A stretch of 64,000 nucleotides of DNA from Trichoplax adhaerens (Eukaryota > Animalia > Placozoa), in assembly GCF_000150275.1 (NCBI RefSeq), contig NW_002060969.1, positions 248,001 through 312,000 on the forward strand. The letters are read 5' to 3'. How positions within the stretch are numbered: position 1 is the first letter of the stretch; each line of letters opens with the position of its first letter. Under the pieces are notes generated by a model, which worked only from the letters and a program-made list of their open reading frames with translations, had not been told where the DNA came from and searched no databases. Of this stretch, positions 18,601 through 30,623 are shown one piece after another. The translations under genes were made by a program, and so were the position numbers.

Positions 18601-19765
18601 AACATTTTGCACGATTTCAAAGGTGTTAATCCTATACTAATTTTTATATATAATGCTCGTATATCACACAATCTCTGTACTGAATGACATGGGTCATATA
18701 CTGCCCATTTTATACTGCTACCGTGAAAAAGAAATACGATATGGGTTAAATGACTAATTTACTGTACACTGTACAGTGTACATGTACAGTATAGTATATT
18801 GCCAACCTTTCGATACTGCTGTCTTCCATTATTGGGCTGTTCGTGGACAGATGCAAAGTAGCAGACACTACTATGGATTGCAATGGCATTTTTACAGTTT
18901 CCACAGACCGCACTTCCTTATTGTCCGCAATAGGTGGTTGAATATACGTCTCACTATCTTTAGCGTTATTTTTCTTCGAGTAATGCTTACGAGGCAGCCT
19001 GCTATACATTCGTTTACCAAATCGCTGACTTTTGGACTTGTCGTCAATTGCCTATAATCAAGTACTATGAGATGGGAAAATAGAATCACGCAAAACAGAT
19101 TTGTATAAGCCTTCATACCGTTTTCCTTGGTGATTTAATAGATTGCAGAGGTGTTAGTTGCTTGTGTTCCGGCAGGTACTTAGAACTAAAATTTTTGAAT
19201 TTAGTCAATATGATAAATAATACTCAGAAACGACATCAATAAACAAATATAAATTGTTGGGAAGGTCATGCTTAAAAGATAACCATTATATTCAGTTGAT
19301 CTATTCTTTTTGTAGCAACGACTTCACGAAAAATTTTTATAAAAAATAATTTCTTTTTGGAGAAGTCCCTATCTGCAGTTAAACTAGAAGCTACGTAAAA
19401 CAGGTGTGACATACTTGAACCCTTTTCCTAAATACATATCTTTCGCTATATCGCATAATTCTATAGGAAATTTCGTCAGTCTTCTGCGGCCGAAATTACT
19501 TGCGAATGAAATCTCTCTAAATTTTGTAGTTTGAAATCATGATGTATTGTAAGCATGCTTGTAAGCTGTTTTAATCGTAAAAATCATCATCTAATTATAT
19601 TGTTAGCGGCAGCTAATATTGCAAACCTATTCAATAGTTTCGCTGGTGTAACTCTCAATCTAATATCTTCACTGCTAGGCCAGCTATAAGTTGATGGATT
19701 CTTCAGATGATGAAGTTTTATTTGTAAAAGTTGAGAAGAAGCGCATGTACAGCATATCAATGCCT
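15646..19765 (-). CDS. Uncharacterised EF-hand calcium-binding protein, at least 13 exons; 5' end unresolved
   Basis: Phase-consistent GT-AG chain: 19765-19627, 19516-19415, 19185-19119, 19051-18807, 18435-18394, 18182-18143, 17936-17857, 17768-17693, 17339-17251, 17170-17095, 16513-16457, 16254-16177, 15708-15646. It encodes …INEFKSLDADLDGRLGFNDIIKILPRSLSSKQRNFLKKIHWISDNTTFFGVAEYYTFKCLC…KIYEDLDNGSGRVAIITLE…IDKVTYMALLPFLTFQI*, including the EF-hand loop DADLDGRLGFND. Confidence 0.8.
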
Positions 19766-20433
19766 CTAGTATACAGTAGCTATGAGATCTCTTGTTAAAA
19801 AACTTATTTCTTATGAAATAATAACCTGTAAGGATGTGATAATTTTCTTATTTCGTAATTGCTCTTTCGTTATTTGGTGTTGTGAAATACTAGACAAAAA
19901 AACAAATACGTTCATTGCCTACAAGGGTAAGAAAACGAATTTGGATTCTAGAATTGTTATCAATCAGCCACATTGTTAAATTTTTTACTTAATTGTTTGT
20001 TAAAAATGAATCACGAGAACGCAATTCTTTAACTACGCTATTACATTAGGATTTTATCCGTTGCAGATCATATATAGTGTAATTTACAGCATCTCTACCT
20101 TTATCCGTATCACGGGTTATTGAAAGCACAGTCATTTATTCTACAGCATCAATCGAGATATCAACTTTATGTTAGAAACTATAACACACATTCGTACTGT
20201 ACTTACTGCAGAAACTGGAATACTAGACCAAGCGATGCACCCTGTTTACTGTGTTTATAGGTACTAGTTATTAAATGTAATACGTAACACTCATTGAAGC
20301 ACTAACTAGTTACTCTTGCACTACTAGTATTGATAACGCAGAGAAAATACAGTACAGTATTAAATGCCTAAGTTACGGTATTACAATATCGGCGATGAAA
20401 TGACAAAATCTACAATGCTCGTCAGTTAATGCA

Positions 20434-23400
20434 CCTAAGTAATTCTGTTTCAAGATGTGTTCATATTCTTGAAGATTTCAGTGATGGACGTAAACGTAGG
20501 TACAGTTATGTTTTTACATACGAAAATTAGTTAAAGAAATACATAAATTCGTACTGTACTTAATAGAATAGACGCAAAAACTTTTAAATTTGTAAAAAAT
20601 CACACAATTTTCACAGGCTGAAGTACTGTACATAACCATGCTGCTGTACCTGTTTAAGGATAGGAAAGGACTGTTGCAGGCTTTATATTCCCACTGGTTC
20701 ATTGAGAAAAGATAAATGAATTGAGGTTGTACCATAGGTCAATAAATCTACGTATATTCAATATCTTTGACATACCATAAACTTAGTTCTATGCAATGGC
20801 ATAATTTCGCAGTTCTTAGATATGTCTTCCGCTTTTTCATGTTTTGGATTAATTTTCTCTATCGCTTTAGGTGTAAAGTATGTGCTAAATCGATCACATC
20901 AACATTTATAGCAGATTTAATTGAATTTTGTTAGCTTTCACAGTATCTTTAGGTGCTTTAATAAATTATAATGTAGTTTGAAAGATTAAGAAGGTACGAC
21001 AGTAGTTGTAAGTTCTCCGTCATATTTCGTGTACAGTGTTCTGTTCTTCTGATCAATGATGATTGGGGCCGCTAACACCATTGAATGTTCCCCGGGACTA
21101 CTTAATCGATCGCAACTCATAAAGAAAGGTTTTGCTTTGCTAATTTTCATGCTTATCAGCTGTCCCATCTATTTTCACCGAGAAAAAGTAATTGCTCTAC
21201 TGTAGAATTACTTAAATACATTAATACTTAAATTCTTTCTCAGTTGTTACTTTCTCTCCTATGCACAGTAATGTTGCGTCTCGAGCTCATGAAGATTATT
21301 AATTAATAATAGGTAAGCAACGAAAAAAGAAGTTTTATTAATAAGGTAAATGTGGGCGTTATTATTTAGCACCCCAGGTCAGTTCGCAACGGAATATACT
21401 AACTGTAGAGAGTAGTGTAAAATAAATTGATAAGAGCAAGATCGAAGCTTGACATTCATATAACCGACACTAAATGGTTAGTGATACTTCGTGTATAGAA
21501 ATCTCCACTGCTGTTTAGGATCATTTAAGTGTATATCATACTACGTAAAGTATCAGTTAGATAACTTAGATTAGCTGAACCCGAACCATCGCTCTTTGGT
21601 TTGATTATTTGCATACTTATAATTCCGTAGTGTCAATAATTAATTAAATGATATTTCGATGTTGATAGTGCTTCGGTAAATTGTACTACATTCTAACAGT
21701 TTATTATTCACATAAGTCGTATGTATTATAAGTAAAGATATATAAGTAAGTGTAACTACCGCAATACTCTTTATGTTTGTGTGCGCGTGCAATAATAAAT
21801 CCCCTTCATCTGCCTCATTAGAACAGAGTGATGCGCGAAGGGTATTTATACGTTCTACAGGATGCATAGTGATTTTATACTAAGTATCTTGAGTGAAAGC
21901 TAATTACAGCTGGGCATATTGGTTACATGCAATTAAATTAGGTGAAACTAATATTTTGTGCAGCGTCTATCGCATCTGTCTTTGAATTTTGAAATATAGA
22001 AACATCAAGGTATTCGATATAGTACTAGTACAGGGCCATATGTTCAACTTATATTGCTGTAATCGGTAAGAATAGCCAGAAAAAAACGTGGAAAACTTTA
22101 TGAGATTTAGTGCGAAGATAGGTCAATTAGTAAGTTTCACCTCTTCGTACAGAGTACATTTGGTCTGAAGTTAGAAGTCAAATTAAAACATAGCATTACA
22201 GTAGAAACTAGACGTTCAAGTTGATAACGGTGTAATTAAAAATAAGATAGCGATAGGAGTAAACTCTTTTGGTGGAATACACAACAACTCATATCTACGA
22301 ATACAATAAGAACGATAATATGAGACCTGCAATAATTATGCTTAATTATGAAGTCTATTTAATTGGTATTGATTAAGTTCATGAAATATAGGATATTACA
22401 GGATAGTTATGGATGATACGAAGAGATTCCAGGAATGAGAAGGATATGTTTAAATACGAAGTAGTACAATTACAATTTAAGCCGAGTATTTTCTGTACAG
22501 TACATAGGTTGCTTTGTATCTGAATTGATGGTACCTGGAGTTTAGTAGATTCGGCAATATTGTTTTCTAATATTTGGGTTAAAGACGTTTGCACGATTTA
22601 TTAGTAATAAAGTAGTACTGAACACCTTTATATAGAATGTATTTTCCAATAGTGTTCTTACCTCATCACCATAAACTTTGTCAGTTTTCCGTAGCTGATA
22701 CTCACTATTGGTTGTTGATGACCGTTGTAGCGATAAAAAATGCCTTCTTTTATTCATTAGTCCAGAAATTCTAAATTTGTATCATACTTTTCAATTCTCA
22801 TCGTAAACTGAATATCATTGCATTTCATGTATACTAGTACAGTTTCAGGAATTTAAGAGGTATATCTAGAGATTTTTAGATATACCCATTCTCCCTAGTA
22901 TACATAGTGCTGTAGTTGAAATGATAAAATCATTTTAGTCGTACTTACTGCTATGTATCACGGCTGAGCGTGGCTTTTGGAAAATATAGAGTTCGTATAT
23001 GGAAATTAGGCCAAAAATAAAACGAAATTTCTTAGGTACTAGCAACCGGCTTCTTATACACAGTAGCATATCTGGCCAGTCTGCTGTAATATTTTCGGAT
23101 ATCAGGTTCAGTTAGTAAAGTGAGAGATGGAAATTGAGGAGAGGATCAATTTATTAGAAGCAAGTAGCAAAGAGGCAACTAAACATGAAAAGCAGAAGTC
23201 ATATAAGAGGATTGCAATAGAACTGAATTCTCAATTGATTATGCAGCTTATACCGTATATTTTCGAAGTTGCTGTATAAAGTATGTAGTGAGAGGTTATA
23301 CTAACATTATACTTTCTATGGTATTAATATGTACTCTGTATAGTCAGTATGATGAGCGTTAGAGGTTCCGGTTCGGTATTAGTGAATGTGATAAATCGCT

Positions 23401-23978
23401 AATTGTCGATACGCGTACGTAATATTACGCTAAAAGTAAAGTAGCAGGCTTTAATGAATAAAGTTTAAATCGAATATAAATCAATAACGATTAATTGATT
23501 GTTAAATAAGTATTATTTTCTAATTTTTATTAATTTAGTATTCTAGTTAACTAATCTCTGGAAGAATATTTTTAAAATGGTAGAGTTATATCTGTTTCTT
23601 AATCGCAGCGGATGTGTAATATGATCTTGAAAAATATCTGCGAGTTCTGCAAAGGAGGGTGGAAAGGATTCTGCACATTGTCTATGAAATAATAATAAGG
23701 GCTATCCATAGTTCCTGTCTATTGCTAGTACTAGTAGCTGTTTACCGTATAAATACTTTGTCAAGAGTGAGTTATGAGTTAATAACAGAGTGTTAATTCT
23801 TATTCTTATCAGCTTTAATTTGATCATGTAAAGAGATAGTAGAAAACTTGCTAAAACTCATAGAGCAAGGTAATTTCTTATGCACATACTGAAACATGCA
23901 GATTTATGTTTGTTATATTCCATACATATTAAATAACGAATTAAAATAAATTTAATAGCAGACAATCGTTCTTACCAT
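20434..23978 (-). CDS. Candidate upstream exons of the EF-hand gene, or of a separate orphan gene; chain not resolved
   Basis: Open exon-like segments with splice signals at about 20775-20865, 20998-21168 (MGQLISMKISKAKPFF…), 21760-21854 (RINTLRASLCSNEADEGD…) and 22662-22770. An ACC-ATG|gtaaga start lies at 23976-23978. The phases could not all be reconciled. Confidence 0.35.
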
Positions 23979-24033
23979 GGTCAGTAGCTTTTGAAGTTTA
24001 AATTAAAGGCATGGACATGCAGTATTCAATGTC

Positions 24034-25110
24034 TACAGTACAGTATAGTACTATCCAGTTACTTGTTACTATAGCAATAGAATCTGTTTATGAATCTGAC
24101 AGGCTATACACACAGTATGCTGTACAGTACAGTATACAGTATCACCGGCTGATTCACTGCACGATTTTAATGCAGCATGGAGAAGTTATAATAGCTGAAC
24201 AAGGCCCAGAAAAGTACAGTAAAGCGCTGAAAGGGTATTTTAACTTTCTTTAAACACTACATTAAAGGGTTAAGATGAGATACTGTACTGTACACTGTAC
24301 AGTACAGTATGCTCAGTTGAATACAAGTACAGTACAAGCGTGATCCTTTTCTTTTTAGATAAATCAACACTAATGTTTTGCGATATTTTGTATGAACTGT
24401 ACTTACGGTATAAGTAGTGTACAGTACTGTACTGGAATAATTGACACCTCTAGTAACCTAGTACTGTACCATGCTAACAGAAGCGGAAGAGGGAGGGACG
24501 GAGCACTCATCTTTACACAAAAATGTGTGGCTTGAGTCAGGTAGAGCGATATTATTTTTGTAAAGGCACGCCTCTACGCTGTGTACCGTACAGTACAGTA
24601 TGGCATACACACAGTTGTTACCTGTGTAATGTTACCGGATTGTCTACAGTACTCGCAAAGGATGCTTCTGATACGTGTATAGTAGAGGATAAGATAGATA
24701 TTTTTTTTTATTTATTAGTATCTCAGATAGAGAAAAGAAGACTCAGAGGAAGGTTTAGGTTGAAGTACAGTATGTAGCAGACTGAGCGTATTCAGGATAT
24801 ACACTATACTGTACATACTGAAGATATTTATGATATGATATTTATTCATAAACTGTACATTTTACTTCTAATTCTTGAGTTTATGAGTTTATGTACATGT
24901 ACAGTATGATAAAACGGTAACGCGTAATATGGAACGCCTGTATCGTACATTCACTGTACGTGCGGTGCTATACGTTCGATATGATACTTCATTATGCTAC
25001 AACGTGTATTGTACAGTACAGTGTGGTAGTATGCAATCTGTATCGACTGTGCACTGTTCAGTGTACAGTACTGCATTGACATTGTTAGCTTTGCAGAAGT
25101 ACAGTACATC
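24034..25110. repeat. ACAGT/ACTGT-rich array region; probable divergent promoter between the EF-hand gene (-) and Syt1 (+)
   Basis: Dense tactgtactgtacactgtacagtacagta-type runs at ~24120-24140, 24281-24335, 24419-24470, 24582-24600 and 25010-25110. Confidence 0.75.
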
Positions 25111-27311
25111 ATAATAATAGTGCAATGTTCGATTGCTCTGTTACTGTTACCTATTTTTTCTTGTCTGTCTGTGAATGTTGCCTACACTATCTCACTTCTG
25201 CCTAAAGCTTCCTTGTGATCAATTCTCCGCAAGAATAAATTCTTCCTTTGCTCTAAGATCTAAAGTGTATCTCATTGATTTCACTGAAGGTCTATCTACT
25301 ATATCTTCATAAACATACTAACACTTGTTAAGGGCCAAGTCTTGACGCGTGCAATGTTGGGAAAACTATTTCTTTCTTTTTATAAAACTAAATCCTAACC
25401 TTTTCCACTTGCCCCAAATAAAGGAACTACATATAGGTCAACCTTGTACTACAAAAAAACGCGTTTTTCGTTTTTCTAATGAAAGTAAACCTACCTTATT
25501 ACGATAATGTGTATACCCGTTGTTATAAGCAGCGTGTGTATTATCGTTAATTTAAGACGGTTATGATTGCTATACATTTCAACTTGAAGTTATATCGTTT
25601 ATTTATTAGATTAACGGGGCCAATTTGTGATGTACCATATACATGAATAACTCATTAACTAGTCATTTGAATTAATATAGGAGAAAAGTGATATCTAGAA
25701 CTGGAAGCGCTCATGCCCATGTACAGTTACATACAGTAATACAATTATCGTAGTTCCATGCTTGGCTAATATATAGAAATGTACCTTGTATTTGTGTTTT
25801 CTCTCTAACATTATGATTAATTATTAATAGTAGGATGAGCCCATTACGGTACTTTAACACGAATCAGTAATGATTTCTTGGTAACAAAGAAATCGATCTA
25901 AATTTAGATTATTCATTCATAGAATTCATAAATTATTGGGCGGGTGCAGATGAAGTATATAAATAATTGACGTAAGTAGATCTTTTGTCAGCGAATGTGC
26001 GTTGCTAAGGCTGACTTTATAAGTATCTACGCAGGTGTTCAGAGTTGCCGTACTGCTGTACTGTATATCAATCGCAAGAGTATAGACAATTCCATTCTAT
26101 TTATACTTCGACTAGAATCTTTTAAACAAAGGTCGCTGTCTTATTATCGTCTTGTTTTAAAATTTAGCAAGTCAGCAACGGCGTAAAATGTCATATCTGA
26201 ACGATAACGTTTTCCCAGTTATCCAATCGTTGTAACGGCCAATGCTATCACCAGGTCAAAGTAGTTAAAAGCACTTGATAAACCAGTATTTGGCGAAGTA
26301 AGTAAAGGTAACAAGTTTGTTCCTTAAAAAAATATTACCCGAACGACGTTCTAATATTATTTATAAAACGTAGCAAGGTCTACGTAAGAACAACACGGTA
26401 AGTTAGAGTGATTTTGATATTGACTAACTAAAGCAAATTATTGACATTAAATGTGTATACTCTCGCCGGTTCATAAATTTGAGATCCTTCGCAAATAGCA
26501 ATTCCTGATTTCACTTGCGACTTTTTTATTTCAATATTTAATCTCAGAATGTGATCATTGATCAAAATTCGTATAAAAACAGCGTGAAAAAACTTTAAAT
26601 CCTACATTTTATTGGAAAATTATTATTTAAAGGAATTAAAAGCAAAAACATTAATTTATTTTAAGAGAAAATGATTGTAGTTGTTACTGTGAATGATAAG
26701 GTAGAAAGAGTTATATCTGTTTCTATTCAAAGACATATAGCCTAAGTCACTTTACAAAATCAGAATCACTGAGTTAGTAATATCAAAATAATAACGAAAT
26801 AACCAAAAATGTAGATAACTCGCAATGATCTAGCGCTGTTTATTAATTCAAAATTTTGTCCCGAAACACTACTTTAGCTAATGATTACGTACGATATGTA
26901 TGGATAAGTTTCATGTAGTATATCTATTCGGCGATCTGTATGAGAAGCAGTTATGTATACGATAGTATACCATTTATCAACTTTAAATAAATGAGAAGCT
27001 GTCATAGACATCAAGTAACGAATGCTATGTAGAGCAAAATTAGAAATGAGAAAATATTCGTATATCAATTTAGATGTCGAACAATTTTAGGAGCAATATA
27101 GAGTATTATTAGTGTCTAATCGTCCGCGGAATATAAATCCTTTGCTTATTTTGAAAGATAAGAATGACGATGTTACGGTAGTTCGTTATCTTGATCCTAC
27201 AGTATTACATGAAAAGCAGATTATATTGATTAACATTTAAAATATACTTTCCTTTGATAGTTCTAGATTTTACTCTCAGCGTACTGCGAGAGATAGCCTA
27301 TCTGTTGTAGT

Positions 27312-28977
27312 ATGGTCTCTACAACTAGCAGCATCTATCAAACTACAACGTCTACGGGGCATTTACCGCAGTGGTTAAAAAATTTTCCATGTAAGATAAC
27401 TTATTGCATACTTATTTTACGAATGTGTAGATTTGTGCTTTATAAATATTAAATGTGCTGGCCTGTTTAGATTCTTGTATGTATCACGATACAGTACAAT
27501 ATTTCGATTAGGCGATTTAGATGTTAATGCCGATATCATTTTTACTTCGATAAATACATTTTAGTGCCATTGCCAGCAATAATAGCGATAGCCGTAGCAT
27601 GTGCTGTGCTTGTGTTCGCTTTAGTATTATGTATATGCTGTAAATGCTGTTGCAGAAGAAAAAAGCCAAAAAACGATAAAACTAAGCAAGGTTTCAAAGA
27701 AAAAGTTAGTTTACAGTCAGCGCAATCTTTGGGAGTAAGCTTAAAAGAGCGAGTTCAACCAGAAGTTGAAGGAGTGAATAAAGAAATGGAATTAGAATCA
27801 AAGCAAATAGACCCTTCTGAATATGTTGGGGAATTAAAATATGCAATGGAATACGACTTTCAATCTTCCGAGTTAACTATTACCGTTTTGGAGGGAAAAA
27901 ATTTTCCAGTAATGGATATAGGTGGAGCTTCAGACCCTTATGTTAAAATTTATCTTTTACCAGATCGAAAGAAAAAATTGGTTACTAAAGTTCAGTACAA
28001 AACGCTAAATCCAATATTTAATGAATCAGTAACAATTAAAGTACCATACAGTGAATTACAAAATAGAACAGTACTATTCTCAGTATATGATCATGATAGA
28101 TTTTCTAGACATGATGTTATCGGCCATTTACGTATTCCAATCGCAGACGTAGATTTGTGCGAAAACTTAGAGCAATGGTCTGCACTGGAAAAGGCAGACT
28201 CAAGCAAGGAGGTATGAGTTTTAGCTATCGGTTAGAACAGATGTTCATATTGACTCTTTGCAACTTACATTCTACTAGCTCACACCGCTAAACGTAGGGT
28301 TATTATAATTAACCGCTATTTTTATTAACCCTAACCCAATGATTGACACAGGGGAAATCGGAACTTGGTGAGTTATGTTTCTCCTTACGATATGTCCCAA
28401 CCGGTGGAAAATTAACTATTGGAATTATGGAAGCTAAAGGATTAAAAAAGATGGATGTCGGAGGATCGTCGGGTAAGACTATACATAACCAGCTATAGGC
28501 GCGTTCGACATGCGACACTTTTTTTAATCTTAAACTGTTACAAAGCCTGAATTGTATTATAGCTGCATTGTCGATACATAATGTAATACGAGTATACGAG
28601 GTATTATAATTTAAGTAAAATCACAACTTCTTATAGAAATTATGTTCGTTAACTGAAAAATTACATATCTAGATCCATACGTCAAAATTTCGTTAATTAT
28701 TGATGGTAAGAGGATAAAGAAGAAAAAGACTATTGTAAAGAAGAGAACATTAGATCCTGTTTGGAACGAAGCGTATATGTTTAAAGTACCTTTCGAAAAA
28801 ATTAAAGACACAAAAATTGTCTTGGCAGTAATGGACCATGACAGGCTTGGTAAAAGTGACCTTATAGGGCAAGTCGTGGTAGGGGGGTCTGAATCAGGAG
28901 CTGAGTTGCGTCATTGGAGTGATATGCTGTCGTCTCCTAGAAGGCCGATAGCTCAATGGCATGTTCTCGTCGATTAA
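27312..28977 (+). CDS. SYT1: Synaptotagmin-1-like Ca2+ sensor; exons 27312-27390, 27565-28211, 28352-28472, 28673-28977
   Basis: Short lumenal N-terminus, TM helix with a Cys cluster ([13 protein letters not shown]), C2A ([12 protein letters not shown]…[10 protein letters not shown]) and C2B with Syt1-type [14 protein letters not shown]…[19 protein letters not shown], polybasic [15 protein letters not shown] and [11 protein letters not shown]. Confidence 0.9.
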
Positions 28978-30174
28978 ATGGTGTGAATTTTAGGATTAAA
29001 GTAAAGTTAAAATTATAGTCGCTATCTGGAGAGTTGCAAATATTTAATTAATAGACGCTCTAGTGCCATTAATAAAATGATAATTTGTTGATTGAAGAAC
29101 TTTAATTTTGAGTGGCAAAAATAAACACAATACGATAGAATAAATGAAAGAGATAGTATTCTGGATGTTAAAGATTTTCAATCAAATACGTATAATAAAA
29201 TCAGATATCACAATAGCTTTATTGAAACGTATAAGAAAGTGCATGTAGCTTGAATGTTACACAAATGCTGCTTGTAAATATGCAGTTATCGAATTTAATT
29301 CCGATCACACTTAAAACTAAGACAGCACGAGGTCCCATTTCATTTACTGTGCGTAGATATCTGAAATTCTGAATTGATTTACAGTTAGTTATCGTTTTAG
29401 TGTAATGACTTCGATATGTTCGTTATAAACTGTCATACAAACAGCTCCAACAAATTGTTGTATTAACTATATGCTGTAGTATGGCATGAGTATTATAATT
29501 AGATGTGTAATCGTAAGACTCACTATACATAAAATTACGAATGTATCACATTTTGGAGAAAGAGGTGGGTTTTGTCACTAGTAAATGCAGTCTAGTATTC
29601 TGATGCGAACATCAAATTTACGATTTACGACACGTTAATATCACTTACTGAATACAGTATTGTTGTAAATGGCATTTACGGAGCAGTGCCACAAACAACT
29701 AGCATATCTACTTATTTATTTATTTATTATATAACAGTGTACAGAATAGCGACTTCGTGCACGATTACGTTATTGATCATGTGATTAGAAATAATCTATC
29801 ATAATATAAGGATCTGTGCCTCTGGATCTTGATAATAGAAACGTTTAAGGTGCAGCTTCACTAGTGGATATGCATGCGACTTCATACCAATAAGAATAAA
29901 AGAACTCAGAAAAGCTTATATAAACAACAACAATCCTTGCGTAAATGAGCTTAAACGAATATGTGTTTTTGGCTTCAATTAATAAATGAAAAAGAATAGG
30001 ATTGACAATTTCCACGATATGTAACGATTTAAGGTGTATTTACCGGTGACTAACTACGCCAAGTACTTACGCTGTACCTTGACCTGCCTGCTGCCTGTAC
30101 CTGTATTGAGATCATATTGATTCTGACAGTTATAACTGATATCAGCGCAACTGGCGCAACTCTGGTTCGTAATT

Positions 30175-30310
30175 TACTGTACAGTAGTGTACTGTACTGT
30201 ATACTGTACAATAGTCTTTTGCAGCAGTACAGTACAGTACTGTACAGTACAAGTATACTGTACTGTACTGTACTGTAGGCTCAGTATCGTACTGTACAGT
30301 ACAGTACAGT
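30175..30310. repeat. ACAGT/ACTGT array immediately upstream of CEP290
   Basis: Near-continuous tactg/cagta pentamers ending about 310 nt before the CEP290 ATG (30624). Confidence 0.9.
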
Positions 30311-30623
30311 TTACGAAAGTACGATATAGCGGAGCTCGGCATGCGCATCTGCGATTATACAGTGTACATTTTTATTTACAATAGTGCACTGTGCACTCCG
30401 ATGAGCAGGAGCAAAACGAATTTACTACTGTATTTCTGCAGTTCGGGAATTTGCCAGTGAAGGCTGAAAACTATTTAATTAAGCTAGGTAAAAAAGCCTG
30501 ATTTACGATGTAAAGAAAACTGGCATTAGCATACCGATTGAGATTATTAATTGCCTAATTGAAATGCGAAATTAATTTACCAAAGTAGCTATGTATAGAT
30601 TTTAATTAACATACTGTTACAGA

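Noticed and set aside
18807-19516. Neuropeptide-precursor-like motifs EISFASNF-G-RRR and SQRF-G-KR (RFamide-like) on the minus strand
   Set aside because: These exons splice in phase into an EF-hand region, I could not establish a signal peptide, and the motifs are not repeated. They are probably chance basic clusters. Revisit only if a signal-peptide exon is found.
23128-23260. Plus-strand short coiled-coil-like ORF MEIEERINLLEASSKEATK…
   Set aside because: It is under 60 codons, has no partner exons, and shows no recognisable homology.
28318-28340. Telomere-like TAACCC / TTAGGG units (also ~43313-43328)
   Set aside because: Only about two units occur, inside ordinary introns, which is expected by chance.
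30142-30384. ORFs rich in Y/C/T/V/S (also 10246-10488, 24011-24253, 24929-25114)
   Set aside because: They are largely translations of ACAGT pentamer arrays, not protein-like sequence.
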